Assembly: GCA_003280965.1 (NCBI GenBank)
Contig: QCDI01000001.1
Coordinates: 64,001 to 128,000 of the forward strand
From: Prochlorococcus sp. AG-355-B18
Lineage (GTDB): Bacteria > Cyanobacteriota > Cyanobacteriia > PCC-6307 > Cyanobiaceae
DNA: 64,000 nucleotides
Direction: 5' to 3'
Shown piece after piece: positions 59,798 through 64,000 of the stretch (within the stretch, counting starts at the first letter, position 1; each line of letters begins with the position of its first letter). The notes under the pieces are model-generated. The model did no database searches. It was not told where the DNA came from and saw nothing but the letters and a program-made list of their open reading frames with translations. The translations under genes and the position numbers were made by a program.

Positions 59798-60514
59798 ATG
59801 ACCACTTTAGGAGTAAACATTGACCATATTGCAAATGTAAGGCAAGCAAGGAAAACAATAGAGCCTGACCCTGTACAATTTGCTTTTTTAGCTGAATTAG
59901 GAGGAGCAGATTCGATCACTGTTCATCTAAGAGAGGATAGAAGGCATATACAAGATAGGGACGTATTCCTTTTGAAAAAAACTATAAAAACTAAACTAAA
60001 TTTAGAGATGGCTGCTACAAAAGAAATGTTAGAAATTGCTAAAAAACTTGTACCAGATTACGTAACGCTAGTACCTGAAAAAAGAGAGGAAGTTACTACA
60101 GAAGGAGGCTTAGATGTAAAAGGGAATGTTAATTATCTTAAGAATTTTGTTGAGAATTTAAAAGATTCAAATATTGAAGTGAGTGCATTTATTGATCCTC
60201 TTGGTGAACAGATTAATTGCTCTAAAGAAATAGGATTTAACTTTATAGAATTACATACTGGTAAATATGCTGAACTAACAGGTTACGAACAGCACAAAGA
60301 GTTACAAAGGATTATAGAGTCTACACATTTAGCAAATGACCTTGGATTAGTTGTTAATGCTGGTCATGGCCTGAACTACAATAATGTTAAAAAAATTGCA
60401 TCAATTAACAATATGAACGAGTTGAACATAGGTCATAGTATTGTTGCAAGGGCTTTAGCGATAGGATTAGAAAAGTCTGTACGTGAAATGAAGTCCCTTA
60501 TCACATCAAATTAA
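59798..60514 (+). CDS. pdxJ: Pyridoxine 5'-phosphate synthase
   Basis: LGVNIDHIA, HLREDRRHI, TTEGGL. Confidence 0.97.
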   Translation: MTTLGVNIDHIANVRQARKTIEPDPVQFAFLAELGGADSITVHLREDRRHIQDRDVFLLKKTIKTKLNLEMAATKEMLEIAKKLVPDYVTLVPEKREEVTTEGGLDVKGNVNYLKNFVENLKDSNIEVSAFIDPLGEQINCSKEIGFNFIELHTGKYAELTGYEQHKELQRIIESTHLANDLGLVVNAGHGLNYNNVKKIASINNMNELNIGHSIVARALAIGLEKSVREMKSLITSN

Positions 60515-60522
60515 ATTTCAAA

Positions 60523-60840
60523 ATGACAACATACTTTTTCGTTGCGGCAAGTGAAAAGTTTTTAACAGTTGAAGAACCACTTGATGAAATTTTGAAAGAG
60601 AGGATGAGGAACTATAAAGAAAATAATAAAGAAATAGATTTTTGGCTCTTAAAAAATCCATCGTTTTTACAAACCACCCAATTTGCTGATCTAAAAGCAA
60701 AAATCCCATCTACTCCAGCAGTTGTTTTATCGACTGATAAAAAATTTATTACTTTCTTAAAGCTTCGCTTAGAGTTTGTTGCTGTGGGGGAATTCGAATG
60801 TCCTAGTGCAGAAATAACAGATCCATTTAAAGTTGAGTAA
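60523..60840 (+). CDS. ycf54: Ycf54, MgPME cyclase accessory protein
   Basis: YFFVAASEKFL..EEP...DFW...FITFLKLRL. Confidence 0.92.
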   Translation: MTTYFFVAASEKFLTVEEPLDEILKERMRNYKENNKEIDFWLLKNPSFLQTTQFADLKAKIPSTPAVVLSTDKKFITFLKLRLEFVAVGEFECPSAEITDPFKVE

Positions 60841-60857
60841 AAGAACTACCTGATAAA

Positions 60858-63800
60858 TTGCTCAATATTTATAAGTCAAATAAAATTGAAGTAATTAGTG
60901 AGCTGTTAGCAGAGGAATTAAAAATATGTCCTCCGCCTATAAATGAGAAATTAGAAATAGTAGTCCCCAATTACTTTTTGGGGAATTGGTTACGTGAACA
61001 AATAACTATAAAAAACAAAATTAGTGCACTTTATGAATTAAAGACAATATCAACTTATACCGAATCTTTATTGACAAATTTTTTCCCTGCAATTGATATG
61101 AGCGCATGGAATTTTGAGTCAATTAAATGGGGCATTATTGATTCCTTGGAAGAATTAAATAGCTTTAAAGAATCATTTCTTCTTAGAAATTGGATTAATA
61201 AATATTTGGATAATAAAAAGACAATTGATGGAGACATATTTAATCTGACAAAAAAGATAACGAATAATTTTATTGATTATCTAATTTTTAGACCTGAAAT
61301 GATAGCTGAATGGAATAGATATGAAATTAATTCACTTAATCTATTTAAGAACTTAAATTCAGATCAATTTTGGCAACCTATTCTATATAAATTATTAGAA
61401 AAAAAGATATCTGAAAAACCTTCATGTTTATACATGATTGAAGTAATAAAGAATTTAAGAAAAATTAAAAACTTTCAAATTAAATTACCTAATCAAATTT
61501 ATATTTTTTCAGATAATAACTTATCTAAACTACATATTAATTTTTATTCAGAACTTTCAAAATTTATTAAGGTAAATTTGTATTTATTATCTCCTGGAGA
61601 AGATTTATGGAATAGAGTAAATTATCTTGAAGGTGAGTTGGAATTTGATGATAATGAAAGTAAATTGAATTTAAATAGTACAAATATAGAGAAAATATTT
61701 GGTAAATTTGGAGCAAACTTTCAGAAATTAATTGAGGAAAATATCTATAAGGAAGGTATAAATTTAAAAAATAATCTAATATACATTGACCCAACAACTG
61801 ATTTTCATAATAAGAAAAATATTCCTCTTCTTAATCAAATACAAAAAAGACTAATTGATAATAATAGCGTTGATTTTATAGTAAATGAAAGGGATGATTC
61901 ACTATTACTTTGTGAGCATTTTAATCAGTATAGTCAATTTGAATATTTAAGAAATAAAATTATAGAAATAATAAATTCTTGCGAGAATATTAAATACAGT
62001 GATATTGCTGTTTTATCTCCACAAACAAATTTAATTAAACCTTATCTAAGGTACATCTTTAATAATGAATTAATTAATGGTGAAAAGATACCTTATTTTT
62101 TTATTGATGAGGATAATCATGACTCTTCTGGCATTTATGAATTTCTAATTGACATCACTGAAATAGCAAGTGAAAAAATTACACTTGAAAAATTAGATTA
62201 TATTCTTTCGAAAAAAGTAACTCAGAACATTTTTGATTTTAATTTTACTGAGAAGGATGAAATTATTTTCTTACTTACCCAAGCTGGGTTTCATTGGGGA
62301 TTAGATGATAAAGAAAGATTAGGTGAAGAGAAAAATACTCTAGATTGGTGTATAAATAGAATTACTTTAGGCATAATTTATGACAAAGAAGTAAATTTAA
62401 GAACTTTTAATTTAAAACCATTTAGCTATAAAAATATAAGTTTGGATTTGAATAAATGGGTTAAAATATTAATTCATTTAAAAAAATATATTAATTTGAT
62501 AAGGGGATCTTTTTCTTACTCGAATTGGGTTGAAAAGATAAAGTTTATATTAAAAAGTATTGCTGATTCTAATCCAAATTTCAATTTAGAAATAAATGAA
62601 ATAAATAGAATTCTTGATAATCATGCAATACCTTTAATACCTGATGATCTTATCTTGTTAAAAGTTTTTAGAGAAATATTAATTTCTTGCATAAATAAAG
62701 CTAAATATCAAAGCAAATCACGAGTCAACAAGATCCTAGTAAGTGATATTGAGAATTCAAGACATATTCCACATAAGGTTATCTTCCTAATAGACATGAA
62801 TAGTGTTAATTATCCAAAATTACCAAATAGTGAAAACATTAATTTATTAAAAAACAAATATCATTTGGGTGATCCATCTGTTTTTGAAAGAGAGAAATAT
62901 GCATTTCTGGAGTTATTAATTGCCTGCAGAGATAAATTTATAGTTACTTGGGTAAAAAATGATAAAGACAATAAAAAATTAGATGTTTCTTTTCCTATAA
63001 AAGAGTTAATTTCTTTTTTTGATAGTTTCTTAAACCAAAGCCATAGAGAACTAATAATTAAAGATTCTGATTTAAATAAAAATGAAATAATTGATCTTGA
63101 TAAATCTAAGATTATTAAAAGTAATTATTCTTTAATAAAAGATTTAAATTGGAATGAAAAAAAATTTGATATTAAAAATTACAAATTATCAGAATTGATT
63201 TATTGGTTCAAGACTCCACAAAAATATTGGCTTAATAAAAACAATATTTCTCCCAAGGAAATATTTATTCATCATCCAGACGAGGAGTATGTAAGCAATC
63301 TGCAAAAGTCGCAACTAATTACAAAAATAATCCAGCAAGTAGAGATTGATAATCATAATATTATTGATGATTTAAATAAATTAAATATTAATGATCAATT
63401 GGCTGAAAATGGTATTATTATGCCCAAAAATAGTATTTTTACAAAAGAAAAAGAAATCAAAGACTTATTAAGCAGTCTATCTGCAAGTTTGAGTCAACAT
63501 AAAAAGATTAATAAAATCTATGTTAAGTTAAATACGAATAAAGAAGAATATTTGATCGCTGATGACACCGTAATTGAATTAATTAATGCGAATTTAAGTT
63601 TAAGTCGTTTGACTGAGGCTTGGATAAAATTACTCTTTATTTCTTCTTTAAAGAGGAATATAAAAAGGACTAAAGTAATTTTTAGAACAGAAAATAATTA
63701 TAAATCACAAATTATTCAGTCACCGGGAGCAACTGAATCAAATCTAATTTTGGAGGAGTACATAAATATTTTTAAAAATTATTCTGAAAAATGTTTACCT

Positions 63801-64000
63801 CTTCCTCCAGAAAGTTCTTATAAATATGTAGAAGCAAAAATAAAATCAAAAAATGAAAAAAAAGCTTTTACAGATAAATGGATCGGTAATAAAAATTTTT
63901 CTAAAGGAGAAAGAGATAATATCGAAATGAAAATGTGTTTTGGTAATGAAAAAGAACCAGATTTCTTTCTTGGAAATAATAATTTTGATCAATTATCATG
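60858..64000 (+). CDS. recC: Exodeoxyribonuclease V gamma subunit (3' end outside window)
   Basis: TTG start, LNIYKSNKIE; LLNQIQ, DIAVLSP, GFHWGLD, RHIPHKVI, EREKYAFLE. Confidence 0.88.
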   Translation, partial: MLNIYKSNKIEVISELLAEELKICPPPINEKLEIVVPNYFLGNWLREQITIKNKISALYELKTISTYTESLLTNFFPAIDMSAWNFESIKWGIIDSLEELNSFKESFLLRNWINKYLDNKKTIDGDIFNLTKKITNNFIDYLIFRPEMIAEWNRYEINSLNLFKNLNSDQFWQPILYKLLEKKISEKPSCLYMIEVIKNLRKIKNFQIKLPNQIYIFSDNNLSKLHINFYSELSKFIKVNLYLLSPGEDLWNRVNYLEGELEFDDNESKLNLNSTNIEKIFGKFGANFQKLIEENIYKEGINLKNNLIYIDPTTDFHNKKNIPLLNQIQKRLIDNNSVDFIVNERDDSLLLCEHFNQYSQFEYLRNKIIEIINSCENIKYSDIAVLSPQTNLIKPYLRYIFNNELINGEKIPYFFIDEDNHDSSGIYEFLIDITEIASEKITLEKLDYILSKKVTQNIFDFNFTEKDEIIFLLTQAGFHWGLDDKERLGEEKNTLDWCINRITLGIIYDKEVNLRTFNLKPFSYKNISLDLNKWVKILIHLKKYINLIRGSFSYSNWVEKIKFILKSIADSNPNFNLEINEINRILDNHAIPLIPDDLILLKVFREILISCINKAKYQSKSRVNKILVSDIENSRHIPHKVIFLIDMNSVNYPKLPNSENINLLKNKYHLGDPSVFEREKYAFLELLIACRDKFIVTWVKNDKDNKKLDVSFPIKELISFFDSFLNQSHRELIIKDSDLNKNEIIDLDKSKIIKSNYSLIKDLNWNEKKFDIKNYKLSELIYWFKTPQKYWLNKNNISPKEIFIHHPDEEYVSNLQKSQLITKIIQQVEIDNHNIIDDLNKLNINDQLAENGIIMPKNSIFTKEKEIKDLLSSLSASLSQHKKINKIYVKLNTNKEEYLIADDTVIELINANLSLSRLTEAWIKLLFISSLKRNIKRTKVIFRTENNYKSQIIQSPGATESNLILEEYINIFKNYSEKCLPLPPESSYKYVEAKIKSKNEKKAFTDKWIGNKNFSKGERDNIEMKMCFGNEKEPDFFLGNNNFDQLS

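Noticed and set aside
108..61797. Short antisense or overlapping track ORFs (e.g. 108, 1044, 2234, 8932, 10377, 33883, 35800, 39846, 47892, 55140, 61055)
   Set aside because: They lie inside well-supported genes in other frames and show no independent motifs

Overview
AT-rich cyanobacterial chromosome segment. Gene content (hli genes, som-type porins, psbY, crtH, pdxJ, ycf54, DUF3303/DUF3764/DUF1651-type small genes) points to a high-light Prochlorococcus. Core genes occupy about 1-4.4 kb (polA, efflux adaptor, ychF) and about 52.8-64 kb (tRNA-Lys to recC). Between them lies a ~38-kb genomic island anchored on tRNA-Pro(UGG) at 42693-42766, followed by apt, two TPR-sulfotransferases and two porins with near-identical 3' parts. 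The island holds (i) an apparently intact 7.6-kb integrative element (tycheposon/phage-satellite-like) between 46-bp tRNA-Pro direct repeats, with tyrosine integrase, cargo, TerS-like gene, iterons, VapE helicase, primase and Xis; (ii) an integrase-less remnant of a second element; (iii) many small, often decayed genes. The most striking unexplained structure is a two-part repeat that brackets individual cargo genes like cassettes: a ~45-bp TTGACAGTCGATCTA(A/C)AAT-hairpin-T7-ATG element before genes and an ATGAAACGCTTACTA ('MKRLLL') element at stop codons. It starts immediately after the integrase stop codon and recurs in decaying form across about 20-37 kb. One cassette carries an EF-hand/ECF-sigma/anti-sigma module. 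Also seen: a Downstream-peptide (glutamine) riboswitch, Yfr1 seed sites and an NtcA box at the porins, HLR1 motifs at hli genes, and several candidate sRNAs. All calls are from reading the sequence by eye; no searches were run.
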